Of a stretch of DNA of 49,955 nucleotides, positions 20,519 to 29,812 are shown piece by piece (position 1 is the stretch's first letter; every line of letters starts with the position of its first letter). The notes beneath the pieces were generated by a model that saw only the letters and a list, made by a program, of their open reading frames with translations, had not been told where the DNA came from and ran no database searches. The stretch is from Myxococcota bacterium (lineage in GTDB: Bacteria; Myxococcota; JACRCW01), in contig JBFMGU010000047.1 in the NCBI GenBank assembly GCA_040752415.1, positions 1 to 49,955 of the forward strand. The letters run 5' to 3'. A program made the translations under genes and the position numbers.

Positions 20519-21150
20519 CAGCGACGCAGGAAGGCACTGACCTCGTCGAGGAAGCGCTCCTGGCCCGGGCCGCTGCGGATGTCATGCTGGGACACGTCAA
20601 AGGACAGCACGTCCATGCCGTACTTGCTGCGACACACCTGCGGGAACGTCGAGTAGTAGCCGTTGAGGCCACCCAGGAACTCCCCGTCGATGCCGCGCTC
20701 CTCGGGACGACCGCGCTGACGGATGCGCCCCAACAGCGTCTCCACCGACGGAACGTGGAAGTAGATCACCTTGTCGGGTGCGCGCAGGTCGCGGTGCAGG
20801 CGGTTGAAGTACTCGAAGTACAGCTCCAGCTCCTTGTCCTGCATGTGTCCCAGGCCGTGGAGGTACTTGGCGAAGATCTCCGGGTCCTCGTACAGCGTGC
20901 GATCCTGGATGCAGCTCTTGCTCACCCCGCGGATGATCTCATGGTGCTCCACGCGACGGATCAGGAACTCCAGTTGCAGCGTGAAGCTCCAGCGCCGCAT
21001 GTCCGCGTAGTAGTCCTTGAGGAAGCGGTTATCGACGACAGGCTCGTCGAAGAGCTCGAAGCCGAACTGCTTGCTGAGGAGCTTGGCCGCGGTGGTCTTG
21101 CCGCATCCGATGTTGCCGGCCATGGCCACGAAGAGCTTCTTTTCGAACAT
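20518..21150 (-). CDS. Deoxynucleoside kinase (dCK/dGK family)
   Basis: P-loop GNIGCGKTT, EPV..N.FL..YY, QDRTLYED..IF and RI..RGR..E. Confidence 0.92.
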   Translation of the reverse strand: MFEKKLFVAMAGNIGCGKTTAAKLLSKQFGFELFDEPVVDNRFLKDYYADMRRWSFTLQLEFLIRRVEHHEIIRGVSKSCIQDRTLYEDPEIFAKYLHGLGHMQDKELELYFEYFNRLHRDLRAPDKVIYFHVPSVETLLGRIRQRGRPEERGIDGEFLGGLNGYYSTFPQVCRSKYGMDVLSFDVSQHDIRSGPGQERFLDEVSAFLRR

Positions 21151-21209
21151 GCGGAATCCCCGGAGAGAGGCCGCACGTTTCCATCATTTGGTCCGATCAG
21201 CGCAAGGGA

Positions 21210-21670
21210 TCACTGGCGCCTTGACTTGATTTGCTTGAGGACGTCCGCGTCCACGACATCCTGAGGACGCCCCGCCGCGAGCTTGTTTTGCAGCAGGTGG
21301 TCCAGGGACAGGATGTAGATCTCCTGGTCGCCGTATCTCGTCGTCACACGCGAGCCCCAAGCTTCCGGGAACTCGACGCCCTCAATAGACGTCAGGATGT
21401 CGATCCGATTGGGCGGCACACCCATCTGGTACACCATTCCCGGCGTGGCGAGATCCCGGGCGGAAAGGTTGCCAAGAGGCGCCCCAAATGCGCGAAGCGA
21501 CGCGTGCACCTTGACCGCATTGATCGGACTGGCGCCAACCCAAATGTCCAGTTCTTGGTGAACCGCGGATGGCCGTGGGCAGCAAGTGCGTGGGCTCCCA
21601 CGACGAGGAATTCAGCGCCCTCGGCGTTCAACGCGGCAAACGGATCTCTGAAGTCTCGGTTCACCGCCAT
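21210..21670 (-). pseudogene. Frameshifted nucleotidyltransferase-fold protein
   Basis: The N-half (VVGAHALAAHGHPRFTK) and C-half (LDIWV...RIDILTSIEGV.F...NKLAAGRPQDVVD) are in different frames. The junction near 21552 reads aag-aa-ctg-gac, one base short. Confidence 0.8.
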
Positions 21671-21833
21671 CCTGGCCACTCCACTGCAGGTACTCCAGGG
21701 TCAGGTCCCACACGGCCTCGACGCGTTCCTGCATGGTGAGGCGTTGCCAGAACTCAAGGTCGAACGAGCCATCGTCGTCCTTGATCCTCACGAAGCGTGC
21801 CGTCCCGCGTCGACGGCGCTCGACGTCGTCCAT
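21612..21833 (-). CDS. Small hypothetical protein, upstream partner of the nucleotidyltransferase
   Basis: 73 aa, DLEFWQRLTMQERVEAVWDL. Overlaps the start of the NTase gene. Confidence 0.65.
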   Translation of the reverse strand: MDDVERRRRGTARFVRIKDDDGSFDLEFWQRLTMQERVEAVWDLTLEYLQWSGQDGGEPRLQRSVCRVERRGR

Positions 21834-21937
21834 TCGTCCACTCTAGCGGTTTGCCGACGATTGTGCACGTGCCGCGCGGGCAAGCGTTGACCTTGGTGCG
21901 TGGTTGTGGTGTCACCGCGCTCCACCTGGAGGCCACC

Positions 21938-22960
21938 ATGAAAGCAGTGGGTTTTCACGAGCATGGCGACGTCGACGTCCTCACCGATCTCGATCTTCCC
22001 GAGCCCACCCCCGGGCCCGGCGAGGTGGTGGTGGACGTCAAGGCGGTGGCGCTGAATCACCTGGACGTCTGGGTGCGACGTGGAATGGCCGGCGGTGATC
22101 TTCCCAAGCCGTTCGTCCTTGGCAGCGACATTGCCGGCATGATCTCCGCCGTGGGGCAGGGCGTCACCGACGCGAAGGTTGGCGACGAGGTGGTGCTGGC
22201 CCCCGGCGTCTGTTGCGGACGCTGCAGCTTCTGCCTCTCCGGCGAGGACAGCCTGTGTGCGGACTATGGGATCCTCGGTGAAACCACGACGGGCGGATAT
22301 GCCCAACGCATCGCCGTGCCCGCGGGCAACGCGCTGCCCAAGCCCAAGGGGCTGAGCTTCCCCGAGGCCGCGGCGTTCCCCCTCACGTTCCTCACGGCGT
22401 GGCGCATGCTGGTGAACCGCGCGCAGGTGAAGGCGGGTGAGACCGTGCTCATCACGGGTGCGTCGGCGGGCGTGGGCGTGGCGGCCATCCAGATCGCGAA
22501 ATTGCACGGCGCCACGGTCATTGCGGCCACGCGGGGACCGGAGAAGCAGGCACGCGCCAAGGCGCTGGGCGCGGATCACGTCGTGGATTCGGAGGATCTC
22601 AAGAAGGCCGTCCGCGCCATCGTCGGGAGGGAGGGCGTGGAGGTGGTGTTCGAGCACGTGGGTGGAGAGACGTTCAAGACGGCGCTGGGACTCCTCCGTC
22701 GTGGCGGGCGGCTGGTGACGTGTGGTGCCACGTCGGGCTTCCTTGCTGAGATCGACCTGCGGCACCTGTTCATCAAGCAGCAGTCCATTCTGGGCAGCAC
22801 CATGGGCTCACGCGCGGACCTGTTGCGCATCGTGAAGCTGGTGGAAGCCGGTCGGCTGAAGCCGATTGTCGACGTGGTGCTCCCGCTCAGCCAGGCGAAG
22901 GAGGCGCACAAGCTGCTCGAGGAGCGCAAGCACTTTGGCAAGGTGGTGCTCACGCCGTGA
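21938..22960 (+). CDS. Zinc-binding dehydrogenase (MDR superfamily)
   Basis: GGAGG before ATG at 21938. ALNHLD, LGSD.AG, structural Zn motif CGRCSFC..C and GASAGVG. Confidence 0.9.
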   Translation: MKAVGFHEHGDVDVLTDLDLPEPTPGPGEVVVDVKAVALNHLDVWVRRGMAGGDLPKPFVLGSDIAGMISAVGQGVTDAKVGDEVVLAPGVCCGRCSFCLSGEDSLCADYGILGETTTGGYAQRIAVPAGNALPKPKGLSFPEAAAFPLTFLTAWRMLVNRAQVKAGETVLITGASAGVGVAAIQIAKLHGATVIAATRGPEKQARAKALGADHVVDSEDLKKAVRAIVGREGVEVVFEHVGGETFKTALGLLRRGGRLVTCGATSGFLAEIDLRHLFIKQQSILGSTMGSRADLLRIVKLVEAGRLKPIVDVVLPLSQAKEAHKLLEERKHFGKVVLTP

Positions 22961-24038
22961 GGGCAGGGGCGGGCCCCACGTACGTCGACGCGGGACGGAT
23001 GAGCCGGCCAGTGGCGCGCTGCTCCTCCACGTGCGCCGTCCATCCCACGACGCGTCCAACCGTGAATGTCGGCGAGAACAGCGTGCGCGGCAGCCTCACC
23101 GTGTCCAGCAACACCGCGGTGTAGAACTCCACATTCGCCTTCAGCGGCCGGTTGGGATACCGCGCGCTCAGCACCTGCTCCGCGGCCTTTTCCACGGCAC
23201 GCGCCAACGCCAGGCGTCCCGTCGTCACGCCAGCCCGCTCCAGCCGCTCAATGGCCTTCTCCAGCACGGCCGCCCGGGGGTCGCGTACGCGATAGATGCG
23301 GTGTCCCATCCCCATGATGCGACGCCCCGCCGCGAGCTCCGTCTCCAACCACTTCTCGGCGTTGGCGGGCGTTCCCACCGCGTCCAGCATGTCCAGCACG
23401 GGCCCCGGCGCTCCGCCGTGCAGCGGTCCCTTGAGCGCCCCAATGGCCGCCGTCACCGACGACACCATGTCCGAACCCGTCGACGCGACCACACGCGCGG
23501 CGAACGTGGACGCGTTCATCCCGTGGTCCGTCACGGTGACCAGGTAACTCTGCAGCGCGCTCACCTCGGCGTCCCCCGCGCGCGCACCGCGAACCATGCG
23601 CAGGTAATCCGCCGCGTTGCCCAGCGACGCATCCGGCATGACGGGTTGCTTCCCCTCCCGACGACGTGACCACGCGGCCGCGAACACCGCCACCGCACCA
23701 GTGATCTCCTCACGCGTGGCCCGACTGTCCATCCGGCCCACCATGGCGCGGAGTGCATCCATTCCGTCTGGCAGCGCCAACGCATCGTTGCTCGACGACA
23801 ACAGTGTCCACGCGCGCACGCGTGCCTCTCCCAATGCCGTTTGCATCCGCAGTGTGTCGACGGGGATTTCACCGGTCCACAGCAGCGCGCACACCTCTTC
23901 GAACGTCCGCGCCAGGGCCAGCTGTTCCACGTCCTGCCCTGCAATCACGAGCCTGCCGCGCTCACCGTCGACGTCGCTGAGCCGCGTCTGGGCCACCACC
24001 ACGCCTTCCAATCCGCTCGCCATCTCCGTCTGCGCCAT
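22950..24038 (-). CDS. Citrate/methylcitrate synthase-family enzyme
   Basis: GLEGVV, DHGMNASTFAAR, GPLHGGA, GMGHRIY..DPR and NVEFY. AGGAGG before ATG at 24038. Confidence 0.92.
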   Translation of the reverse strand: MAQTEMASGLEGVVVAQTRLSDVDGERGRLVIAGQDVEQLALARTFEEVCALLWTGEIPVDTLRMQTALGEARVRAWTLLSSSNDALALPDGMDALRAMVGRMDSRATREEITGAVAVFAAAWSRRREGKQPVMPDASLGNAADYLRMVRGARAGDAEVSALQSYLVTVTDHGMNASTFAARVVASTGSDMVSSVTAAIGALKGPLHGGAPGPVLDMLDAVGTPANAEKWLETELAAGRRIMGMGHRIYRVRDPRAAVLEKAIERLERAGVTTGRLALARAVEKAAEQVLSARYPNRPLKANVEFYTAVLLDTVRLPRTLFSPTFTVGRVVGWTAHVEEQRATGRLIRPASTYVGPAPALTA

Positions 24039-24062
24039 GACCTGCCTCCTTTGTGCAGGCTC

Positions 24063-24113
24063 ATGTTGACGATCACTCAATCATTGATCAAGATTGATTC
24101 GTGATTCAATCAT
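24063..24113. promoter_or_regulatory. AT-rich imperfect palindrome between divergent genes (putative operator)
   Basis: atgttgacgatcactcaatcattgatcaagattgattcgtgattcaatcat, centred on TTGATCAA (24084-24091). A second site, gttgatcaac, lies at 24141-24150. Confidence 0.55.
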
Positions 24114-24131
24114 GCGCGGGGGATCCGTCGG

Positions 24132-25382
24132 ATGGCCAATGTTGATCAACGTTCGGAGCTGCTGACGGCCAAACAGGCAGCGGCGCTGTTGGGCGTGAAG
24201 CTGGCCACGCTCTACGCGTACACAAGCCGGGGCCTGGTCCGGAGCACGCCGGGCGAACGGGGCAGGGCTCGACGCTACGCCCGCTCCGACCTCGAGCAAC
24301 TGAAGGCCCGTCACGACGCGCGCTCCGGTCACGGCCCGGTAGCTGCGTCCGCACTCCGCTGGGGTGAGCCCGTCCTGGAATCCGCCCTGACCACGATGGA
24401 CACACGCGGGCCCATCTACCGCGGTCACGTGGCGTCGGCGTTGGCGGAGCGCGGCGTCTCGTTTGAGTCGGTGGCGGAACTGCTGTGGACGGGCCAGCTG
24501 CCAGCGGCGACGTCGTGGCGCGCTGACCGTGCGGAATTCCCGGTTGCTCGCGTGCGGGCGCTGCTCGGCGAGGCATCCCACCCGTTCACCACGTTGTCCC
24601 TGGTGGTTCCCGCGCTCGCTGCGCAGGACCCCGCCCGGTACGTCTCCACGACGGAAGCAGAGCTGGCGCGGGCTCGCACGCTCGTGTTGCGTATGGCGGC
24701 GTCACTGGTGCCGGGCTTGGACCCTGCCAGGGTTGGTGTCGCGTTGTCGGCGGGGAGTGTGGCGAGGACGGTGGCCGTGGCCCTGGGCGCTAAGCAAGGT
24801 GACGACGTGGAACGCGCCATCAACACCGCCCTCATCCTTTGCGCCGACCATGAGCTGAATCCGTCCAGCTTCACGGCGCGCATTGCCGCGTCGTCGGGCG
24901 CGGACCTGTACGCATGCGTGTCCGCTGCGCTGGCCACGTTGTCTGGTCCGCTCCACGGCGGTGCGTGTGATCGTGTCGAGGCGCTTGTGGCGGAAACCCA
25001 GAGGCCGGCACGCGCTGCGGACGTGATCCATGAACGGACCCGTCGTGGAGAGGCGGTCCCGGGCTTCGGTCACCGGCTGTACAAACACGGTGACCCGCGT
25101 ACGCCGCCTTTGCTTGAAGCCGCCCGTGCCCTCGGGCACCGACGGGGACCACTTCAGACACTCCTGGCCCTGGTCGACGCGATGCGGCAGACGGGACATG
25201 AAGCGCCCACGGTCGACGTGGGACTGGTTGCCCTCTGTCTGGCGCTGGGACTCCCGCCTGGTTCCGCCGCGGCGCTGTTTGCCGTCGGGCGGAGCGCCGG
25301 TTGGATTGCGCACGTCCTCGAACAGCGGACGGCGGGTTTCATTCTGCGTCCACGTGCACGCTACATTGGCCCCACCCCATGA
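24132..25382 (+). CDS. HTH (MerR/excisionase-like) fused to a citrate synthase-like domain; putative regulator
   Basis: LTAKQAAALLGVKLATLYAYTSRGL HTH, then ADHELNPSSFTAR, GPLHGGA and GFGHRLY..GDPR. Confidence 0.88.
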   Translation: MANVDQRSELLTAKQAAALLGVKLATLYAYTSRGLVRSTPGERGRARRYARSDLEQLKARHDARSGHGPVAASALRWGEPVLESALTTMDTRGPIYRGHVASALAERGVSFESVAELLWTGQLPAATSWRADRAEFPVARVRALLGEASHPFTTLSLVVPALAAQDPARYVSTTEAELARARTLVLRMAASLVPGLDPARVGVALSAGSVARTVAVALGAKQGDDVERAINTALILCADHELNPSSFTARIAASSGADLYACVSAALATLSGPLHGGACDRVEALVAETQRPARAADVIHERTRRGEAVPGFGHRLYKHGDPRTPPLLEAARALGHRRGPLQTLLALVDAMRQTGHEAPTVDVGLVALCLALGLPPGSAAALFAVGRSAGWIAHVLEQRTAGFILRPRARYIGPTP

Positions 25383-26308
25383 CTGAGTCCTCCCGTCCCC
25401 GTGTCGTCGTCGTTGCCGGCCCCACCGCGGCCGGGAAGAGCGCGTTGGCCCTGCGGTTGGCGGAGCAGGTGCGCGGCGAGATCGTCGTGGCGGACAGCCG
25501 CCAGGTGTACCGGGGCATGGACATTGGCACCGCCAAGGCGCCGGCGGAGGTGCGCGAACGGGTGCGTCATCACGCGGTCGACGTCGTCGACCCCGGTGAC
25601 CGCTTTGATGCGTCCATGTTCCGCGACCTCGCATTGAGCGCCATCCACGATGCCACGCGACGGCGGGTCCCGATGATTGTCGAGGGGGGAACGGGGCTGT
25701 ACCTGCGCGCGCTGGTCCTTGGCCTCGTGGACATGCCCAGCCGTGACGACGAGCTGCGCGAACGTTTGCGCCTCGAGGCGGAACGCGAGGGATGGCCGGC
25801 CCTGCATGCGCGTCTTGCCAAGGTGGACCCGCCGTATGCGTCGCGGATCCAGCCCACCGACCCCGTGCGCATCACCCGCGCCCTCGAGGTGTACGAGCTC
25901 ACTGGAAAGCCCATGAGCGCGCACCTCGAGGAGCACGGTTTCAAGGAGCGACCCCTGGACGTGCTGGGTGTCCTCGTGGAGATCCAGCCCGCCACGCACC
26001 GGCACAACATCCGCAAGCGCGTGGAGCTGATGTGGCACGCCGGTCTTCTCGACGAGACCCGCGCGCTGATTGCCCGCGTGGGTGAGCAGCATCCACTGGT
26101 GGGAACCATCAACTACGCGCAGGCCGCGGCGCACCTTCGGGGCGAGATCGACGTCGACACGGCACTGGAGCGGATGGCGGTGAAGACCTCGCAGTTCGCG
26201 AAGCGACAACGCACGTGGTTCCGCAAGGAGCCCTGGCTGCGCCCGCTTGCGCCGGACGCGCACACCGGATTTCTCGAGGAGGCGGGCCGGTTCCTGACGG
26301 CGGTTTGA
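25379..26308 (+). CDS. miaA: tRNA dimethylallyltransferase
   Basis: GPTAAGKS, DSRQVYRGMDIGTAK, GGTGLY, RALEV and FAKRQRTWF. ATGA overlap with the upstream gene. Confidence 0.96.
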   Translation: MTESSRPRVVVVAGPTAAGKSALALRLAEQVRGEIVVADSRQVYRGMDIGTAKAPAEVRERVRHHAVDVVDPGDRFDASMFRDLALSAIHDATRRRVPMIVEGGTGLYLRALVLGLVDMPSRDDELRERLRLEAEREGWPALHARLAKVDPPYASRIQPTDPVRITRALEVYELTGKPMSAHLEEHGFKERPLDVLGVLVEIQPATHRHNIRKRVELMWHAGLLDETRALIARVGEQHPLVGTINYAQAAAHLRGEIDVDTALERMAVKTSQFAKRQRTWFRKEPWLRPLAPDAHTGFLEEAGRFLTAV

Positions 26309-26330
26309 GGCTGGGAATCCTTGAAAACCA

Positions 26331-26345
26331 GCTACTTCCGTGCCA
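26331..26345 (-). promoter_or_regulatory. Possible sigma-54 -24/-12 motif, oriented antisense to miaA
   Basis: The minus strand reads TGGCACGGAAGTAGC (GG-N10-GC). Confidence 0.35.
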
Positions 26346-26391
26346 TGCACGTCTGTCCCGAAAAACGGGTCCCTCGCCAGGAGACGTCATC

Positions 26392-28626
26392 GTGCCTCGG
26401 ATTGAGAACGCCAACATTCGTGCCCTCACCCAGACCCTCGTCCGCGACGGAAAGATCGACACCCCGGATGCCAACACGCTCCTCGACGCCGCGTTGAGCG
26501 ACAAGGTGCTCAGCACCGTCGAGCGCAATGAGCTGAAGGAGGTGCTGGCGCAGCACGCCGACAAGTTCCAGGGCGAAGCGAAGGACAAGCTCAATGCGTT
26601 CCTGGGCATGCAGTCCGCCGCCCTGCGCAACATGTCGCGTGAGCTCGAGAAGAACGACGGCATCATTGACGCGGCCGAGGCCGGCAAGCTGCTGAGCCAG
26701 GTGGACAAGGACGGCAAGTTCACCCGTGCGGAGAAGTTCTCCCTGAGCGCCGTGATGATTGGCGCGCGCATGAGCGCCGAGGCCAAGGAGATCATCAGCG
26801 CCAAGGTCAGCGGCATCGAGCGGCCCCCGCCCGGCGGCGCGCCCACCATCGACGTTGGCCTTCCCGCCGTGAACGGCTCCAACTACCGCCTCTCCCCTGA
26901 GGGACACTTCCAGGTGGGCGGCAACACCACGCCGGCCCGTTACGACGAGGCGGGCGCGCTCGCCGCGTATCGCGCCGCCACGTCGTTGGCGCAGGCGCCG
27001 GTGGACGTCCTCAAGAGCGTCCCCGCCGACGTGAAGACCAGGATGCTCACGCACCTGGAGAAGGCCTTCAAGGCCGGCGCAGAGGACCAGCCGCTCCCGC
27101 AGGTGGCTCGTCAGCGCATGCGCTCCGCCGCCGCCACGACGTTGATGGCGGTGATCGAGGGCTCCACCACGCCGGAGCAGAAAGGCATCCGCGACCAGGC
27201 CATCGCCTCGTACCTCAAGCACGCCAAGGAGGAGCCGCTGGCCGACCTGCGCGCTTCCATGTGGCGCAACCTGGACCGCATCAAGGGCAGCCTCAGCGCC
27301 GAGCAGGCCAAGGCCCTCGACGAGCTGAAGAGCAGCGTGGTCCCCGGCGCTCCGCCGTACGAGAAGTGGTTTGCGGAGAACGGTGCGCGCCAGGTCAACG
27401 TGGTCCACTACGCGCACGACGACTGCTGGAAGTACGGCGACCCCATCCGCGACTACCAGAACAAGGGCTACAAGCTGGTCTCCACGCACGCCGACGAGAA
27501 TCCGCAGCGCTGGGTGCTGGAGAAGGCGAACCCGCAGGCGCCGGGCGGTGAAGTGAAGATGAAGATCGAGGTCTTCAAGACCCACGACGGACTCTTCCAG
27601 GAGATGGACAACCCCAAGACCAACATGATCCTCTACACGGGCCACTCCAACCTGGGTGGCAACGTCTCCGAGGAGCTGCGGCTGGGTGGCGAGGAGAAGG
27701 GTGAGAAGCTGGTGCTGATGGCCATGTGCCGCGGCAAGCAGAACATCCCGGAGTTCGCCAACAAGTATCCCAACACGCACTTCATCACGACGGACAACCC
27801 CTCGTACTTCAGCTCCGTGGGCGTGATTGCCACCGGCATGACCGAGGGCGCGCTGAAGCTGCAGAACTACGACGCCATGGCCAACAGCACCGGTCGCATC
27901 TGGGATACCGGCGGGAACCAGAACTACTTCTACCCGCAGGAGGCCCGTCGCTATGAGCTGTATGACCGCGACCGTGACGGCGTGGTCGACGGTAAGGGCA
28001 CGTCCATGGACCGCTTGTTCGACGTGGGCCTGAAGTTCCCCGCCGGCACCAAGGTGGACCTCAAGCCGCACGCCAACGCCGACCACCCCAACGACCTCGA
28101 CGGCTCCAAGGTCTTGCACGCGGTGCAGTTCCTCAACACGCTGGCCACGTATCACGTCGACCACGGGCACAACACGAGCAAGTTCGGCGCGGCGGACATG
28201 GATGCGTTCCTGGGCGGCGGCTGGTTCGAGGGGCCGGAGAACGAGGCGGTGCGGCTGAAGAAGGAAGTTGTCGACGGGAAGACCATGTATCGCGTGAGCG
28301 TGAACAAGGCGTACGCGGACCAGAGCCAGTTCGCGCTGGGCACGCTGGTGCAATACGAGGTGTGTCGGCAGATGTTGGCGGAGCGCAACGGCGGGACGCT
28401 CAGCAAGGATGACGCGTGTCGCGCGCTGCTGTTTGCCGGCGAGTATCTCTCGTACATGTACTGCTCGTACGAGGAGGCGGAGAGCTCCATCCGCGCGCTG
28501 GCGCGTCACAGCGGGCTGGGCAACTTCGGCTTCCGCACCGTCTACGACGCCATCGAGACCGACGGTCACGGCTACGTCACCGACGCGCAGGTGACCGCGC
28601 TGAAGCAGAAGCTGGGCATCCAGTGA
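26392..28626 (+). CDS. Hypothetical protein with EF-hand-like repeats and a putative caspase/gingipain-like His-Cys domain
   Basis: AGGAG before GTG at 26392. Strong codon bias. Two ~70-aa N-terminal repeats (DGKID.., DGIID..), ILYTGHS, LVLMAMC, DRDRDG and ETDGHGYVT. Confidence 0.75.
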   Translation: MPRIENANIRALTQTLVRDGKIDTPDANTLLDAALSDKVLSTVERNELKEVLAQHADKFQGEAKDKLNAFLGMQSAALRNMSRELEKNDGIIDAAEAGKLLSQVDKDGKFTRAEKFSLSAVMIGARMSAEAKEIISAKVSGIERPPPGGAPTIDVGLPAVNGSNYRLSPEGHFQVGGNTTPARYDEAGALAAYRAATSLAQAPVDVLKSVPADVKTRMLTHLEKAFKAGAEDQPLPQVARQRMRSAAATTLMAVIEGSTTPEQKGIRDQAIASYLKHAKEEPLADLRASMWRNLDRIKGSLSAEQAKALDELKSSVVPGAPPYEKWFAENGARQVNVVHYAHDDCWKYGDPIRDYQNKGYKLVSTHADENPQRWVLEKANPQAPGGEVKMKIEVFKTHDGLFQEMDNPKTNMILYTGHSNLGGNVSEELRLGGEEKGEKLVLMAMCRGKQNIPEFANKYPNTHFITTDNPSYFSSVGVIATGMTEGALKLQNYDAMANSTGRIWDTGGNQNYFYPQEARRYELYDRDRDGVVDGKGTSMDRLFDVGLKFPAGTKVDLKPHANADHPNDLDGSKVLHAVQFLNTLATYHVDHGHNTSKFGAADMDAFLGGGWFEGPENEAVRLKKEVVDGKTMYRVSVNKAYADQSQFALGTLVQYEVCRQMLAERNGGTLSKDDACRALLFAGEYLSYMYCSYEEAESSIRALARHSGLGNFGFRTVYDAIETDGHGYVTDAQVTALKQKLGIQ

Positions 28627-28766
28627 CACCGTGCGGATGACGGGCGCGGGCCTCTTCGTCCCGCCCGCCTCCCTGCCCGACGACAAACCCTCCGCAATCC
28701 AACCGTGCCCGCGCGCGGCCGTGCTGTGCTACATCCCGCGTCCATCTCACAGACCCGGGTGCGCAC

Positions 28767-29804
28767 ATGGCGAGGGCAGACCGTTTCCTGAAGGCATGCA
28801 GGGGTGAACCGGTGGATACGTCGCCGGTGTGGCTGATGCGTCAAGCCGGGCGGTACCTGCCGGAGTACCAGGCGGTGCGCGGGAAGACGGACTTCCTGGG
28901 CCTGTGCAAGACACCGGACCTGGCGTGTGAGGTCACGGTGCAGCCGGTGGACATCATTGGCGTGGACGCGGCCATCATCTTCAGCGACATCCTGATTCCC
29001 GTCGAAGGCATGGGCATGAAGCTGATCTTCGACGAGCACGGTCCGCAGCTCCCCGAGCCGCTGCGCACCGAGGCGGACGTCGACAAGCTGCAGGTGATGG
29101 ACCCTGCGGAGAAGACGCCGTTCGTGCTGGAGGCCATCAAGCTGACGAAGCGTGCGCTGAACGGCCGGGTGCCGCTGATTGGCTTCGCGGGCGCGCCATA
29201 CACGCTGCTTTCCTACGCGGTGGAAGGGAAGGGGAGCCGGAACTTCGAGGAGACCAAGAAGCTGCTCTACACGCGGCCGGACCTGGCGCACAAAGCGCTG
29301 GACAAGCTGACGGAGACGCAGATCCGTTACCTGAAGGCGCAGATTGACGTCGGTGCGCAGGCCGTCCAGCTCTTTGACTCGTGGGCCGGCGCGCTCTCCC
29401 CGGACGACTTCGAGACCTTCGCCGCGCCTTATGCGAAGCGCATCATGACCGCGCTGAAGGACAGCGGTGTCCCGCGCATCTACTTCGTCCTCGACGGGGG
29501 CACGCAGCTCAAGACCATCCAGGCGTGTGGTGCTGACGTCGTGGGATTGGACTGGCGGACGCATTTCGGTCGCGCGCGTGCGGAGCTGGGCGATTCCCAA
29601 CCGGTGCAGGGGAACCTGGACCCGTGCGCGCTGCTGGGGGACCTGAGCACGTTGCGTCGCAAGACGCAGTTGCTGATGGAGCAGAACGCGGGGCGACCGG
29701 GTCACGTCGTGAACCTGGGTCACGGCATCCTTCCGGTGACGCCGCCCGCGCACGCCAAGGCCTTCGTGGAGATGGTGCACGAGCTGGGCGCTCGTCGGAG
29801 CTGA
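28767..29804 (+). CDS. hemE: Uroporphyrinogen decarboxylase
   Basis: PVWLMRQAGRYLPEY, DAAIIFSDIL, IGFAGAPYT, QLFDSW, QGNLDP and NLGHG. Confidence 0.97.
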   Translation: MARADRFLKACRGEPVDTSPVWLMRQAGRYLPEYQAVRGKTDFLGLCKTPDLACEVTVQPVDIIGVDAAIIFSDILIPVEGMGMKLIFDEHGPQLPEPLRTEADVDKLQVMDPAEKTPFVLEAIKLTKRALNGRVPLIGFAGAPYTLLSYAVEGKGSRNFEETKKLLYTRPDLAHKALDKLTETQIRYLKAQIDVGAQAVQLFDSWAGALSPDDFETFAAPYAKRIMTALKDSGVPRIYFVLDGGTQLKTIQACGADVVGLDWRTHFGRARAELGDSQPVQGNLDPCALLGDLSTLRRKTQLLMEQNAGRPGHVVNLGHGILPVTPPAHAKAFVEMVHELGARRS

Positions 29805-29812
29805 CGCCATCT

